A stretch of 64,000 nt of DNA, taken from NCBI GenBank assembly GCA_025786725.1, contig JAHLTZ010000006.1, positions 558,001 through 622,000 on the forward strand, in the 5' to 3' direction. The translations under genes and the position numbers were made by a program. This document shows positions 62,660 through 64,000 of the stretch, piece after piece (the first letter of the stretch is position 1; every line of letters starts with the position of its first letter). Under the pieces are notes generated by a model. It saw nothing but the letters and a program-made list of their open reading frames with translations. It did not search any database and was not told where the DNA came from. Source of the DNA: Syncephalis fuscata S228 (lineage: Eukaryota; Fungi; Zoopagomycota).

Positions 62660-64000
62660 ATGCATACCTCTAGGTTGGAATCAATTTTGGCTACATTGCC
62701 GGCTGTTGATTATAGCTTGCTTTTCCAAAGTCTTGATGATGATATTTACTTGAGCTGGAATGCACCAACCGGTTAATACAAACAATTATACAACAATCAA
62801 ATGAATACTGGCGTATATTGTATGGTAGGACATTTAACTGGAGATATGTTGAAAACGAAGAAAACTTTTTAGTTGCATATCGCACTGAAATCTGGTGTAA
62901 AACTGGGCGTCCTTTAAATTCTACGCCTGAGGTATGGCACGGGGAAATGGGACATGCCGCATTTTTGGGAATAAATTGGAAAGAAGCATACAAGTATCGA
63001 TTAGCAATTAGCAAGCACTGGAACGCAGGACTTTATCGAAGTTTTTTTTACCATTTGTCTGAACCAGAGTCGAGTGTATTTTCCATTTCTTATCCACGCT
63101 GTATTCCACATGAACCAGTTTACTTTAGATGGGAGAGCAGTATTTCAGATTTATCGGCACAAAGGCGGTACTTGGAGCCGATTAGAAATCAATTAAATCT
63201 TTTTCTTGGCGAGCCGATCGAAATATCTGCTTTATCCGACAATAGCGCAAATATTTGTGCTAACTACATCAACTGTTATTATTCAATGATTGAGTTTAAA
63301 AATAGGCGGTTTATTTATTCTCAAGACAAGTTGATGCCACTAGATCTACCATTTAGCACTGAAAGTTATATGCTGGTTTTTCATAGTGCAATTGGTCGAT
63401 GGGCAATTTATTGCACAAGAGAAAACCCTTCATCTTATTTCTTAGTCAATTTGGCTACTGCACAGCGCTATTCTATACCCAAGAATTGTACAGCGAATAT
63501 TATGTTGGATACAGCCAACGACAAAGAATTGACCATTTTGACATTTACAAGCATGACGGGCTCTCAATATCGATGGAAGTATATAAAATTTACGCCGAAT
63601 TCATCAAAGCTTGAAATAGAGACACTTGATCGTGGTAGTTTGCAGCTTGAAGATGCAAAGGAGCTGCTCACCGTTTCTTTACTGGGTAGCGGTTACATCA
63701 AAGCGTTTTGCAAATCAATCATTAGTACAAACTTCTCTATAGATATTTTTGCATTTAACGTAACGTCTAAACAACCGTTCAAAAAAATTGGCAGCTATAA
63801 CCACAGCCAAACTGCCTATCGTATAAAACGAAATGCTGCACTTATTATGCATGCTACTTATTGCAACGTCATCAGTTTAAAGACTGGCGATGTACAGTAT
63901 TCATTTAAGTTTGATGGCGTTACTGATCCTTTAGAATCTGACTTTTCAGGCAATATATTTGCTACTCCAATGTTAAGTACCATTTTCTGTATTAGAAATA
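62660..64000 (+). CDS. F-box-like protein, intronless, runs off the window end; -1 frameshift near 62742
   Basis: MHTSRLESILATLPAVDYSLLFQSLDD, then LLELECTNRLIQTIIQQSNEYWRILYGRTF...NWKEAYKYRLAISKHWNAG. The frame is open from ~62745 to 64000 with no stop, so it is missing from the ORF track. Confidence 0.75.

Noticed and set aside
1-64000. CRISPR arrays, rRNA, tRNA, prokaryotic operons
   Set aside because: The sequence is eukaryotic with spliceosomal introns. I saw no regular repeat-spacer array or recognisable structural RNA gene, though a tRNAscan or Infernal run would be needed to exclude small RNAs.

Overview
Eukaryotic, AT-rich, gene-dense DNA from an intron-rich early-diverging fungus. 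The mix of gene families suggests a Zoopagomycota mycoparasite such as Syncephalis; this is an inference, not a search result. Conserved multi-intron genes: neurofibromin/Ira RasGAP, a mitochondrial ABCB half-transporter, a Cid1/TENT nucleotidyltransferase, a GT49 glycosyltransferase, a peroxisomal acyl-CoA oxidase and a glyoxylate reductase, plus an intronless FAM210/DUF1279 gene. These are interleaved with intron-poor, apparently expanded families: three AA11-like LPMOs, a PA-domain subtilisin, three F-box genes, three 7TM-like genes and a signal-peptide kinase. Three recent gene-sized duplications stand out. (1) A ~2.68 kb x2 palindrome with a 124 bp spacer carries two divergent LPMO genes. 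(2) Two ~2.07 kb inverted copies of the TENT gene flank an 8.8 kb segment, the layout expected from an inversion made by staggered breaks. (3) Mosaic direct repeats of a 7TM gene surround the glyoxylate reductase. Finer findings include a 3-nt micro-exon supplying the ABC D-loop Asp, a Tyr-to-Phe change at the axial copper position of the palindromic LPMOs, Arg at the TENT nucleotide-selection position, a hidden permuted NlpC/P60-like catalytic motif split over exons, a secreted kinase and a ~50 bp-stem hairpin. Many genes carry isolated -1 frameshifts that look like long-read consensus errors. No rRNA, tRNA, CRISPR array or intact transposon was recognised.
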